Below, one piece after another: positions 12,401 to 27,400 of a stretch of 64,000 bases of DNA (its first letter is position 1; every line of letters begins with the position of its first letter). The notes below the pieces were generated by a model, which searched no databases, was not told where the DNA came from, and was given only the letters and a program-made list of their open reading frames with translations. A program made the translations under genes and the position numbers. Origin of the DNA: Podarcis gaigeae (lineage: Eukaryota); NCBI GenBank assembly GCA_964106915.2, contig OZ066917.1. The stretch is one strand, 5' to 3'.

Positions 12401-15400
12401 TATTTTTGCTTATTGCATAGTTCATTGTATACAAAACAGAAACTGTACTGGTATCTGGTTTAGTTCGTTTTCAGGTTGATCATGCATCCCTGCTGCCCTT
12501 AGGTTAGTCATCCCCCCGCAATATGCAGTACTCCCAGGAATTTAAAAAGCAGTCTCAAACCCATACCGTGAAATTCTTTCATAAGGTCCTTCATTTGTTC
12601 TTTATGCTCCTTAAGTTGCTTACGCAAATCATTTAAACCTTCAAGTCTCGTTAACAGTAGCGAATCAGAGGTATTTATGGACAGAAAATGGTTAATTTCC
12701 TGCAAACAACAAACAGATTTTATAATAAGGATACGCACAATTATTAGGTACTGTTTTTCATAAATCTCTACAGTTAGATATAATCAAAAAGAGTTCTACA
12801 TGTTCATTATCCTAAAAAAAAATGTAGAGACTCTTAATGGCTGAGTAATGTGTCAAATCTTATCTGGAAATTAACATCACTAAGATCAATGAGACTTACT
12901 CATGAGTAGATTATGAATAGGAAGACCTAACCCGCTATGATTTCAAAGGATTGAAAACTGATTGTATTACCTCCAGGAGAGAAAATCCACCATTACTGTA
13001 TTTTATTTTTTGCTGAATAGCACGCAGGTCTTTAAAAGCAGGGTGATCTGGAAAAGGATCCAGATATTTGATTGCCTGGTATAGGTTTTCATTGTCTTTG
13101 TTATCTATCACTAGGTATCTCAGTAAGCCCAAGACCTAAACGAAAAGGAAAACAAAAGTGGAGGAACAAAGAAATGAAACCACTCTAGAAAGTCTTCACG
13201 TTTTTGCATGGAAAAACAGCAATCACAATACTCTGATCCATGATCTGCAGACTAGCTGCTCAGCAGTTACTTCCCTCAATGCTTGTGTATTTTCTTTCCT
13301 TACTGCACAGAAACCCATACCCAAACAGAAGATCCTGCACTTATTTGAATGCAAAATACTCCCCACTTCCACCCAATCCTTTGACGCTGAGCCTGTTTAT
13401 CAGGCTCAATATCCAATGTCAGGGAAAACCCTACATTTAAACTATAATCCCAAACTGGTTTATTAGGCAATAAGGCCCACTGAAGACAATGGGACTTACT
13501 TCTGTGCAACCATACCAAGGACTGTGCTGTTAATTCCTCAGTTCCCATGTGCATTTCAATATGCTATGGGCACAACAGAGGAAAGAGTGAAGATGATGTG
13601 CACGAGCCCAAGGCCTGCTTTTGATTTCACGGTGCATAAAGCGGAAAGGCAGAAGTAGCATCTAAATATCCACAGTGGCCACATGTGCACATTACAGTAA
13701 GACAGGGTTGCTGGCTTACTGTGATTTAAAGGAAATGAGCAGAATGCTAGTGTATGCTGTCTGACCACTCCTACTTTACTCTTTTAAATGTAGATGTTAG
13801 TGACAAAGGTTATGTATGGACCTTCTCAGACTGACTGCAAACTAACTATTCTGACATCACAAATTCTTCTACATACTACGTACGGCCTTTCACAGCCTGC
13901 AGCTTTTACACTGAAATATATCAGCAGGCTGCAAAAAAATAGCAAAACTATTTAACAGAATTTTATAACATTAGTGATATAATTATATGCAGTAGATTAG
14001 CATAACACATATCAGTTCTTGCCTTTAAATATATCTAAATGCAAATACTGAAGCCCACAGCTCACAGCTTTAATGACACAGACACGCTAAGACTCATAAT
14101 TAAGATGAGCAAGCATAGAGCCCTGATTGTATAATTTACTTCTTCATTGGCAAGCATTTTGAGCATAATTATCCATATTCGCCTAAAAAGAAAAAATGAA
14201 GCATTTAAATAATGCAGATAGTTAAGTTGTTCAGCTTTCCTACCAATTAAGTAGACATTTAAGGCAATTTAAGGCAGACATTTAGTTACGCTTGGGAAAG
14301 AAACAGGAATTCATCCCTGATCTCACACTGAGTGTCTCAGATGCAGCACAGACCAAGGACAAGATCTTACTCCTTCCAGAGGAGTGAGGAAGAGAACTGT
14401 GACCAAAATTTGTGGGCATACACATGTAATGGCAATGGGATCCAAAAAACTGTGCAATTAGTTGTGCGTTTCTTAAAACAGCAGCTGCTAAACCTCAAGA
14501 TTTTGAGATTGAGGGGATCTCAGAAGTTTGGAATATTGCCTGGGGCTTTTAAAATACTCTTGTGCATACCTTGTTACAGTAATCCTGCAACTTACACACA
14601 CACAGTTAACTTATGTGTATTCAGCTTTACATGCTTGGGTTTTTTTTAAAGGAGAGGTAAAAAGGGCAGGCACCCAGGGGGAAAAACTTCAGCAATCTCA
14701 CCTGCTATTGCTCCCTACATTGTTTTGACTATGCACGGTTTTTGTTCCATGCACTATCCTTGGAACATAACCCCTGAATAAGTTGTGGGTTCACAGTAAT
14801 TGCCTTTTAAAACTGTTACTAATTGATTCTTGCATTTATATTGGTTGCTTCGTTAGGTGTTCTCAGGTGGAAAGGCGGAGTACACATATTCTAAACTGAC
14901 CCAAGTAAACCTAAATCAAGCAAACATAAAATGCCTAGCAAGTGCAGCTGATTAAAACTTACTTCTTCTTGGGTTTCAGGTTGTTCTGCAACTATGGGAA
15001 TCAGGGTCCCCACAACAACATGGAGGTGACTCCCTAGGGCATCTCCACAATATATTACTGCTGTGTGGCAAACACGACTGAGAAGGTCACAACATAGCAA
15101 GAAGCTCCGGAGGGATATCCCTTTGAGAGGAACAGGCCTAAAACACATTTTTTAAAAAATTAAGCAGCTTAGCGGAGCTAAAATACACACAGTATATCCA
15201 AACAAGGTGGTGATGTACAAATGATTTTTACAACAGGAGAAAGTGTCCTATGCTCCCCTGTCTTAACACTTCCCTCTCCCTCAAATGAAAGCAATGCCAC
15301 TTTTTCTCAGGATGATGAGGAACTATTAGTGTTCCTCATCATCCTCTTTGAGTCCGCTCAGCCAACCAGCTTCAAATCCACCTAACAGTTACCTCATCCA

Positions 15401-18400
15401 GCTCACATTTTACCAGCTGCTCCACAAGAATATCATGGATGCAGTGTATCTTGATTTCATTAAGGCTTTTGACAAAGTCCCTCACAATATCATTGAAGGT
15501 CTTTGAAAGCTTAATACCTTAAACCACCAATCAACTTCATGGCTTACTGGCATCGGACAAGGTTCAATCTCCATTTATAGGATTCTTGAACAGTAAGGCC
15601 TGAGCTTGAGCTCTTTAAATACCAGTCACAGCTGATAGCCATAGATGAGATGGGCTGTACCAGGGTAAGGCAACTCCATAAATGCTATGATGCCCAATCC
15701 CAGTTGCTGAAGTATTTTCACACTGGACATGTGTATAAATAATAGTACATAATACTCATACCTGTTGCTGATGTGGTAAATTGTAGTATAAATCACATCC
15801 CGGAGTACAAAAGCCCATGCTCCTCCTAAACCATCCTTTATTTTTTCCAGTAATAGTTGAACAAAAAAATGATATATCATAATAATTCTATGTTTTTTGT
15901 ATATATTATTTGTTTCAGATGCTTGCTTACATATGGCAAATAAGATTTTTTGGAATGACTCCTGCAGAAAAAAAAGATAGGACATTAGATAGTAATCTCT
16001 GGGGATTTTCTGTTTTACATTGTCTGGAATTAGATCTGATGAATAAAAAAAAATGACAGCCAGCTATCTAACTAACTAACTCTACGCTTCCCTCCCTTGC
16101 CCCCAGCATCTTATCCCTGTCCTGAAGTCATGATGTCTAGTATTTCCCCACCACCTGACATTACAGGCGAACATTTAAAGGAGACAAGGAAATGAACCAT
16201 ATTATGACATTAGGGTAAACTAGCTGGCATTACAGAAGAGGAAGGAGCAAACAGACAAGATATTGCAGATTTATTACAGTGGACGATGAAGTCTTCGGAA
16301 TGGGCTAATAAATCTACTATTCAGGTAAGACCAGTAGTTCTTTTTTAAGCAGCACCTGCATGTAGGTCACAATACTGAAATCAGTTACTTACAGGGTGCT
16401 TGGAAAGAATTGCTACAAGACCTTTTGACTTTGTTTTATGACAACTGCTGATGTAATCCAATGTTGCTTTGATGACACGTGATGGAAAATGAGGAGGATT
16501 AGGAGTGGGATCCAGATCCCTGAAAAAAAAAATGCAAACCTTTCAAAGCCTTGATGAGTCCCCAAACAAAAATCTTCTGTGAAAAGAAATATGAACAGAT
16601 TGGACTGAAATACGGATTCATTTCTCAGCTGGGAGGAAACAAACTAACTTATACAGGGTGAGTCCTTTAAAAGAGGCCCCGTGGATACAAAGTACACATG
16701 TTCCACGGGGCCTCTTTTAAAAGACTCATGCTGTATTTAAATAGGTGATTTAATATTACCTATTCTATATCTTATATTCTATATTCAGATATATCTTATA
16801 TTCTATATTCTACATTCAGATATATTCTATATCTGAGACTCCAATATTTTGGCCACCTCATGAGAAAAGAAGACTCCCTGGAAAAGACCCTGATGTTGGG
16901 AAAGATAGAGGGCACAAGGAGAAGGGGACGACAGAGGACGAGATGGTTGGACAGTGTTCTCGAAGCTACAAGCATGAGTCTGACCAAACCGTGGGAGGCA
17001 GTGGAAGACAGGAGTGCCTGGCGTGCTCTGGTCCATGGGGTCACGAAGAGTCAGACATGGCTAAACAACAACAACAATTCTATATCTCCTCTCTTTTTCT
17101 CTCTCTCTACTGCTGATCTAATCTGGATAACAGTTTATTGTCTAGGGACAATTTGCTGACTCATCACTGGGCTGAAAGTATAAAGACAGACTCCAGTTTT
17201 ATTTCAAACATATGAGTGTGTACACCAAGTGCACACTGGGGAAATATGACTGCTTGCCTTTCTGTGTCCACATGCTGTAATGTGTGCATGAATATATTTC
17301 TATACACTGTGAACTAGAGAAAAGGAACTGAAGAATCATACTGTGCTAACACCCATAGAAATATCTATAAGCAAGACATTATTCACTGATAGACCACAAA
17401 CTCTTGTGGAACCACATGGTGCATTTTGTCACTGGTGAACAGACCTCAAAAGTTGCAAAGTAGGATCACAATTGCAGGGCAACGTTTGCTTCAAGTAAAC
17501 ATAAGAAATAAAATGACTCCAAGAGAGAGAAATCCATCAACTTTCTTTGCAGCATCAACAGTTCCTGCCTTCAAGCAGTTGGAGGAACACAGTCCTACCC
17601 GGAGGTAGCCTAGTGCCCAACAGGGAAGGCTTACTTTGGGGAAAATGGGCAGTTGAGACAAGAGCACTAACATAATTTCCTTCTGTACATACAAATATCA
17701 ATATGATAAAGGTCATGCCATGACCCTGGACCCAGACTCCTTAGAGGCAGAGTCCTCTGGCACCTGCAGTTCTCAGGAGATATATCTACTCTCTGGTTCT
17801 TCTCTTGTGGTTCTGTAGACACAGGAGGCTACCCTGATTCCCCCCATGAGAGACCTCTGCCACTAGATTCTTAAGGCTGATCCACAAAATCTTTGGGTCA
17901 TCCACAGAGATCCCCACAGCTGGAAACCCAATTACTCTGAAGGAGCTACAGTGGAAGGCACCTGCCATTCAATCAGCCAGGAGGCAGCACTAAGTGGGTG
18001 GGCATCCAGTTGCTCTGCACTGAAACAACTTGAATGTTTGGAGTCACCTACAGGAGCACTATCCATGGTTCTGAACCCACACCCTGGTCTCCTTCCAAGT
18101 TGCAACCAGGAGCTTCTAGCCCCTGCTTCTTTGAGCCATCACCTTCCTCAGTGGTGGGCATCCCCATTAACTACAAGTGAATTTTATGACCTATTGCTAT
18201 GTGTAGGTTCATGAGATTAACAGATTTTCCTGTTCTTAAGGTACTATTACTAACTCACCACTTTCTCAAATAGAAAACAGTTTGTCAGACCATCAAACAA
18301 CTACATACCATCCCCATTTCTTAAATATTTGCTTACAAAGGTTAAATAACCAACATGTGTTATAATCGGCAGAGGATGGGAAACTGTACCCTGTAAATCT

Positions 18401-21400
18401 CGTTAGAGCAGAATCTTCTTGTGCTGCGATACCAGCTGACTCATGCAGTGTCATCAATACCTCCACAACAATCTCTGGTAAATTACTATGAAATAAACTG
18501 TCAATTAGCTGTAAAAACAAAACAACACAACACAGGTTTAGTTTTATTTTAAATGTGAAATACAATACAAGGCTGGTTATTACACAGCCTGTCAGTCTCC
18601 ATGCTGATGTTATATTCAAAAGTATTAAACTCAGAAACTGGATAGTTTACCTATTTGCCCACCACCGTGTGTATGATGATCTCCTCCTCATTATTACTAT
18701 TATTTTGTTTATTAATTGCTTCCTATGAAGGAGGAGGTTCTTTAAAGCAATACTCTGTCTGATGCACGAACAGGGGGCACCTTCCATTTCTCCCCAAGAG
18801 CAACAACCTACCCCAGCAAAGCATCCTTCAAACAAACTGGGAGGAAAGTTCATTTAAGGCAACTTTCCCACTGGGGGTGGATGGCACAGATTAACATTTA
18901 TCCCAAATTCCAACAATCATCTCTTTAAGCGCCTCCTTTTCAAAAAGGCAAAAGCCCTTAAAACCAAGAGGTGAGGATGCCCTTAGATTGTTCTCCTGCA
19001 CCATCTGGTGGCTAATCAGCAAATTGCTTTTGGTTCCGACAGACAGCACCACATTTGTTGCTTTCTCCCATTTTACAGGGGTTGCACATCAATTAAGCTC
19101 CTTGGGGTGATTCAGACCTCAGCCATCTAAAATTGGGGGTGGGTGGAATCAGTATGAGAATATGCCTGCCCTCATCTCAACTACAGCCAGGATTAACAGG
19201 GTTTAGAGCTGCACGGTTACTGCAATCCAAGATGGGTATTCTTGGCTGCTCATGAAAGCTGGTTCAGAGTCAGAGCTGCTTGCTACTGAATAGCACACTG
19301 CTGCATGGCTTCTAAACAGTCTCACATGCTTTTACATCTTTGTTGGTAGCATGTTTCCCTGAAGGAGCCATTGAGGAGAGGCATTGAGGGGAGGGGAAGA
19401 GTTAGAAAAACTAAGTTGGGGAAGGAAGGCCTGAGCTATGAAGTAGAAAAATGAGAAGAGGAATGTATCTTCTGCTCTCCTCTTCTGCAAGGCAGGAAGT
19501 GAATACAAAAGAGCTAGCAGAGCTAACGGGAAGAGGGGGCTTAGTCAAAAGGCTTATTGGCTTCTGTGCAATGGGAAGGGACACAAACCCCAGTAAGCGC
19601 TGGATGCCTCTTTAACCAAACAGCAGAACACAGAACATTTTAGAAGAATCGTCTAGGAATTCCAACAAGTTTATAAAAAAGTACCTGTTTTCCTAACCAG
19701 TTGTCATCTTTCAGCCTCTCATAGACTTCATGAGCTGTCTTTTTCTTTTGCGCAAACTCACCATCTTCATGATTTTCATAGGCAAAATAAGGGAGGATGT
19801 TGACAAGTATTTTGGGGAAACAATGTGCCAAGAGCTGTTGCTCCCCTCTTTCAATCTTGTTAGCAATGGATGTAACCTCTTCAAACTGTTGCTTAACAAC
19901 CAGTTGTGGAATAAAAACTTTGTAGCAGGATCTGAAATTAAGGATTTTCTTTAATTATGGCAAAACAATTGAGGGGGAAATTACACTTTAAGTATAGTAT
20001 ACAGTGAAAGCTACAACAGAATCCAACAACTGCATTCTTATGACAAATTATTATTGAAAAGTTCATTTGATCACCTATTTCTAATTAGCTACTGACCAGT
20101 TAATTGCAGCAGGAGCATAGTTTAATGTATGAAGGGTATTCCAAAATATTGGTATTGTAACTCAAAAACTATGCACCTTTCTGAGAATATGCTGCTTCAA
20201 CCAAAGAAACACAAAATGTGGCACCTGGCATATCGCTGCAAAATATTTTGAGTGTTTCCAGATAAATAGTGGGGGAATCACAAAAACGTAAGCATACCTG
20301 TAGAACTCGTCCAAAGTACGGTAATTCAATAATATATATGGAAAATCTGGAAGGCTGTAGCTGCAGTTCAGCCATTGGTGAACAAGATAATCTAAGTGTG
20401 TATTCATGAAATCTTCGACACTTCTGTATCCAAGAGTACCAGGAATTCTTTCCAATACCTACATTCGAAAAAAGGGCAATTCCAAATGAGACTACCACTG
20501 GTAGTAACTGTAACAAGTGGCTTCATTCACATATCCCTAGTTTGGGTGTAATGCTAAGCCAAGGAATGTGGTTTGTTTCCCCCACACAGTAGGAGGAAAG
20601 AGTAAAAGATGTGATCATAATAAACCATTAACTATTATTCACTGTGATGTGCGAATGACGGCTGTGTCTATGAACTAAAGCTCCTATCAGGAATTAACAC
20701 TATGGAGAAAAACGAGTAGTGGCTCAGACCTATTTATTACAACCATTTTATACAGAACCACAAAACCATGGACCTTTTAATGGGTTCAAATCTAAGTAAT
20801 ACGGAAATTCTTTGAAAACTGTTTGAAGTTTTTTAAAGCCCTGCACGTTCATTTAGAGTTTTTAACTGTGTGCTTTCCCATACCTTCCTTACAAGGTGAG
20901 GCTCTAATCCATTCTCTTTTACACACTGGAAAATTGCAAACAGTGCTTGCTTTTCACACACAGGACTGCAGCGTAAAATCATCGTTATTAACATGAGAAG
21001 AACTGATTTTCTATTAAACTCTTCATCAGGAAGGTTCTCTTGGTTCACAGAACCATGTGCCTGTAAGAAGAAAATATTGAATGAAGATGAACTTTTAATA
21101 TATTTAAGTGATAGATGTAATTTAAATTCCCTCAACCATTTATATTTTATTAAAATATGATCCTGAAATTGAGATGTAAGAAATAATCCAATAGGTCTAC
21201 TTTGCAGCAATCATTTTTAAGTTTTCCTACTGGGCGTTTACAGGCCTCATGCAAAACCTAAGCATGACTTCCCCCTTACACTTAACCCACACATACCAAT
21301 TAAATGAGATAAGAGCACCATTGTTTTTGAGTGAAGCAAACACTCAAGACCCCTATTCCAGGACAGCTTGCAGAGTGAAGCTGTGTTAAGATTGCAGAGA

Positions 21401-24400
21401 TAATACAATAGTTTATCTGATGAAATTAAAGGCCACAGTGAAAAGGAACATTTAATCAAAGAAAAAATGTACAAGAGGGGTTCAGCACAAAAAATCTGAA
21501 ATGTTTAATACAAAGTAGACTAATAATAATAATAAAAAAAATAAAAAAAATAAACATTAGCATTACTCTTAAACATGATAGCTCTTTTGCAGTAACAGCA
21601 CAACTACTGTGCCCCCATGTCATCAATTAAACAACCTCATTTAAGTCACGATGTAGCTTGTGCACCTGGTAAGTGAATGGAAATATGTTCATTTTCTTGT
21701 ATTACCTAGCTGGAAGACTAATCAGAAGCAAAGACTTAAAAACAGGCAAATCCAACTAAACTTCAGTGGATTTGGGGAAAAACGGTTAAAAAGGACACCC
21801 AACAACAACTTCCAATGAATAAGAGAAAATGTTACAGTGGAAGTGTGTATGTGTGCTGGGGGGGTGTATTACCAATTTCTTTGTTCCTTCTTGAACTGTG
21901 AGATACAAGTTCTCAAAAGCCCTTTGCTGGAGCTTCAATGGAAGAGCATTCAGTAAGCCAGTTGAATCTCTCAGCTTCACATCTTGAAACAAACTTAGGA
22001 TCAAGCAGGGAGAAAAATCAAATTAGAATAATTTACAACATTCTCTGTTTTCTAAAATAAAGCCTTAAATGCATTTAATTTTGAGAGCCCTTCTGTGGTT
22101 CTTGGGGGTGCCCCCCTATGTTTGTGATTAAGCAACCGTCACTTTGAATCCCTTTCCCAGAGGGTGTGAGTTTGCATAGCAAAAAGGAAAAGACAAAGGG
22201 CCTCCATCAAAGATATACACTTCATAAGAGCTATCTCCCATCATTTTCTTTAAAGGTTTCTTGTAAACTTCTGAACTAGATATTTGGCATTTTGTCAGTA
22301 GTATCTATTTCTCTTGCAGTTAGGAACAAAATTAGAAGAGAGGTAGAAGCTGGATATCCAGTCCTACCATAAATCTTTGACAATATCCCTAACTAAAGAA
22401 AGATACGAGAAACAGCGAGCATGGTTTTGAAGCGGTGCCTAGGCTGTTTAACTTCTACTTGTATGTCTTTCTGGGAGATGGTAAAGAAAGAACACTAAGC
22501 AATTCTGAATGTGTAACTTTTGTATGCTACCTTTATGTCAAATAATTAAACTACAAGGGCATACCTGCTTATTGATTTAGCTGCAATCATGCAAACTTGA
22601 AAACTGCTATCTGCAAGGAAGTGGGGGAAAGCATCACTCACAGGGATTTCTTCACCATTAACATCAAGCACAGCCCACTTTGAATGAGGATCAACCTGGT
22701 GGGGGGGAAATAGAGAAAATGTTAACACTACATTTCTATGGAACTTGGGAAAGCCAACAAAAACCTTTTGTTTAAATATTTCTAGCCACTGACTTACCTG
22801 AAGTAAGGCTTTCATACAATTCACTAAGGCAATTCTTACGGGAGCTGTGTATTTTCCTTTATTTGCTAATTGCCTGGAACAAACAATATTTTATGATAAA
22901 TTTCAAAGAGGCAAAAAAGTCTATACTTTTGGCAGGTCACTCAGAATAAGAAAAAAAGTATTTCTTTCCATGCTTCAAAACTTCTTGGCTAGTTTTTAAT
23001 TTATGCAGAGTTCAAGAACAGATAATATGAACAACTTTCTGATCAAGCTACTGTTGACTGCTGCTTCCTTCCTGGAAGCAAAGTGTTTTTGTCTAAACTA
23101 AACATTCATTCCTTACACCATTCACAACTAAAACACATTACGCTGAGGGCACTTAAGACTAGTATACTTTCAGAAATGTTATAAAATGTTATAAATATAA
23201 ATACAGTTTTAAAAAAATAGAGCATATCCTTGGAAACCAGATTGGAGGCACTGGAAGAACAAACATAAGTATTTCATACAGAAATAACATACATACATCA
23301 TAAAAAATATGGAAGAGTCTGCTCAATCAATAAGACCGTTGATACTTACCATGAACAGGATTTATTGAGCCTATATGAGCTGATGCCAAGGATAGTATTT
23401 AGCTCCCTCTAGCAGTCACAGGCAAAATTGCAAGTTGGAAGAATTTAACTGAACTCTTCCCTCCCTTGCAAGTCTGTTTTTTTTAATTGCAACAAACCAA
23501 AGAAGGAAAGGAAAATCAGGCACAAAACAGCAAAAGGAAACAAAAAGACTCTGAAATCAGACCAAAAAATGTATATACAAGCTAGAACCCCAGCTACAGG
23601 CAGCAAAAAACAGTAAGACAGGGCAAGGCATCAGTTTGTATAGGTCCAAGAAATCCCTTTCATGATAAATACACTTACTGACCCAAGAAGGGTGGTGGGA
23701 AGGAGCAAATGCAAAAGACCATGTGATCCAACACTTGGCAATTGCTACAGCTGCCAAGTTTATGACCATGAAATTAACTGCATGTGAAAATATGCTTATC
23801 ATACCAAAATGCTGCAACAACAGTTAAAAGTGGACCCAGGGCTTCAGTATTTGTTCTGGCAGCACCCAAGGCGGTCACCATAGGAAGGAGATTATATAAA
23901 ATTGCTGAGCAAACTTCTTGATCTCGACGATAAAAGGGACATATATCCCTGTAGGAAAAAAGAGAAACGTTGAGAAAATGTATCTGCAAAATATTAATGT
24001 CACAGTTTTTTCATTAAAAACAAGATTCTCTTACGAAAGAGGCTTGAGAAGGGAGACAAGGTAGTCATCTGGCAAGGGGTTTTCTTCACTGGGGAGTTCC
24101 TTCAACAAGACCAAGTACTAGAACGAAACACATTTTTAAAAAGCTTTTCTAATGCTTTCATTTATATCAAACATTTTAAATTCCATATATATTAGACTGC
24201 ATACTGGTATATTCATGCTTGGTTTATAGGTTTTGTATATATTTTAACGTAGAACAAAGCTTATCACAGGCTAAAATCACACAGCAGCAGAATTGTTTAT
24301 AAAATGCCTACATGATGTTAAAGTTTCAAGATCCTAGAACAGTTAGCCAAAGACTACTTAACACACAGCAGAGTGACTTTTCATAATCATACTCACTACA

Positions 24401-27400
24401 TGCAGATGCTGCGGCTTAATATAATCAAACATGTTTTCCTCAATTAGCATCAAGAGTTTCTTCCAAATTTCAGATGCTCTAAAGCAAACAGTTTGCACTG
24501 GGGTTGCTGTGGCAGCTATACACAAGAACTTTAAAGTATCAAGGAGCAACAAGTCCTGCTTTGCCAAGTGTTCTTCTGACAATGGGCTTATGGCACCTGT
24601 ACATAAAATGGTGTAGTGTTAAATAAAAAAATGTAAGACATGAACTTCCAAACATTTAGCAGATATATGCCAGGAAGCCATAACTACTAGTTTCCTGGCA
24701 GACATACCCAAGTATCTGAAGGCACACGTAGACATATACAGCAGTAAATTAGTGTTCCTGGACTAGGGATGGACAACTCAGTCAAAATCGTATCTCTATA
24801 AATTTTACATGTGCTCGGTGGTAAATCCATTGTGACACATTTATGCACTAATCGTAGATTATATTTTTAATTCCTTGTGAAAAACCATGTTTAAATCAGC
24901 ATTTTATCAAAAAACCTAATTAAATGCATATGTTTAGAAATAAATTCATTGAGAAAATGTATCTTACCAACACACAGAGAGACAAACACACTTTTTGAGC
25001 TGAGAACTATATTGTAGACCAAACTAAGTTGTTCTCTATTCCTAACCTGGGCAGCTACATAGAGATTAAAGGAATTCTAAAGCAGTTATACCAGCAACCA
25101 GGTCAAAAAGGAAGCTGTAGTATCAGCATTTGCTAAAGCATGAGCACATCGTGCAAGTCTGGTAGGGCTAGGAAACTTAGTGTTTAATACCAGCCTTGAC
25201 ACAGATTGTGTGTCTTTGAGAAAAAGGACAAATTCTGTCCTAGTTGTCTGTGTACTGTGATTACATTGGAAGGGCAGGGTTTAAGTCCTTCCCCAGTCAC
25301 CTCTATATTCTGAAAATAAATAAATCAGTCAGCACATTTAGAAAAACAACAACTTTGAAGGTGGCTTTTGAACTTCTGGTGTATTTATAGAGGAAGTCTG
25401 GTGTATTTCTAGAGGAAGGCAATTAAAATACAGGAACACACACACACACATTTCCACATTACCTGCCACTTCTATGTTTGCAGTGATGCACACGAGCAAA
25501 GTTGCACAGGCTTTGAACATGTGTAAAATGGTTGTTGGAATGGTACCCTCAAAAACTTTTAAAACCATTTAGTTATCACAAAACGATACAGAAAGCAATT
25601 TCAAGATACCTGTCAAAGTTTGCAGCTCTCCACCCTCATTTACATCACCAGCTTCAGCAGAGTGATCATCAAAAAGATCTGACGTGGTCGGATTTTCTCC
25701 TTCCATCCTACTCTCTTCTGGATCATCTTCCATTAAATCCACTTCGCCAGCTTCACTTATCCTCCCAGTAGAAAACATCTAAGAGAAGTTATTTATTTGG
25801 AATTCTTTCATCGCATCTTTCTTACAATAAACTCAAGATACTTTATGAAAAAAAGCTTAAAATTTTCTTAACTGAGAGTTCTGTGTACGTTTCAGTATAT
25901 AAAAACTGTACCACCTGTATACAAACCAGAAAAATGTGACTTCTGATTGCTTCGTTAAATGCGGCATCACTTTCCTGTGGAAGACCACTGTTTGATACTG
26001 CTTACTATGGGACTGGGACTTTTACTGAGGACCTCCATTTCACTTTGTAATTTAAGTAAAACAGAGAGACAAAACTCACAGCTGAGGAGTCCAGATTGAC
26101 CTCAACTGGCAGAGAAATTTATTCAAGAGAAATACTCCCTCGGCTACACAAATCTCAAGCTATTCAGAGATTAGAGATCCACACCAATGTCTCTAACTGA
26201 TCCAGAAACCCACTGTACAGTATTATCCTTAATGTGAGAGTTGCAGTCATGGAAGATAATGGACAATATCACATTTGTCAAACCTAATGGTATACAACAC
26301 TCATTCAGCCTTAATTTCTACTGTCTCTTTAGAAGAAATAGAGAGATTCAAGCGATAACCCCAAGATGGTGCAGCTTAGCCAGAAGGGAGCATAGCAGTG
26401 CAGCACTAGCAGTGGCTTGGCCCCCACCATTACTAACAAGGGTGCTAAAGGTAGGGTAGAGTTGAAAGAGAAGGAAGATAAACTAGTAAGGGGAAAGAGA
26501 AACAACAGAGAAAGTAAGTGTGAAGCAGGATACATGCAACACCGGTGTTTAATGGCGGAGCGGGGGGAGCATTGCAATGTACATAGAGCAAATTGGTCTG
26601 GCTATATTCTTCACTCTCAATAGGCATAAGAAAAGGTCAAACCCAGCATGTTTTGTCTGTCTTTCAAGTGAAATATCTGCTTACGTTATACACTTTTTGT
26701 TGTCCAAAATAAACTGTGATGGGGAACTCATACCATACACTGTAACTACTCACCAGATGTTTGCAAATGTCTACAAGATCATTCATCAGTTTTGAGGTTA
26801 ACAAATGCAAGAAAATTCCAGACATGATCTTTCTTAGGCTGTTCTGTCAAAACAAACCCAATATATACTAATTATTGAACACATCCCCCAAAACAGGATT
26901 TAATCACTTTAACTAGGCATGGAAACATAACCAAATCACTTTAAAACTAAGTATAATTAGCTACTGCTGTATTCATTTGAAACTGAACTAATAAACATTC
27001 TGTGTGCATACATAACACCTGTACATGATTACAAATTATTAAACTGATTGGAGAAATAGGTTTGCTGCAAAAGGGACCTAACTAGCTTAAAGTACAAGGA
27101 TTTCAGCATTTCTTAATTGTGGCATGGACTGAAAGATCGACAAGTGTCTTACCTGCTTACAATTACATGCGCAACTAATACACTGTCCTATTAACGTCCT
27201 TAACGAAACGATCCTAGAATCTTCATTTAGCTTGTTTTTTGACTGATAAATAGTTTCTCCCACATAATGAATAAGAGACTGTGCAAATTAAAAAAAAATG
27301 CAAATAATTAAGAAACTGTCTCAGATATATATTGCTTTTATTGCATTCCATCCATATTCAAGTCTAATCATGCTAAAGAAACTTTCAGCTTTTGCTAAGG

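Noticed and set aside
16761-16834. Degenerate TATTCTATA repeats
   Set aside because: Low-complexity slippage next to a Bov-B target site
17340-18220. GC-elevated intronic stretch with short ORFs
   Set aside because: Probably a decayed element, but I could not identify termini, a TSD or protein motifs
23342-23359. ATACTTACC resembling the U1 snRNA 5' end, and a possible link to the known human ATM IVS20 cryptic exon
   Set aside because: No further U1 similarity; it is simply a strong minus-strand donor. The human IVS20 element uses older numbering (intron 18 here), so it is not the homologous intron
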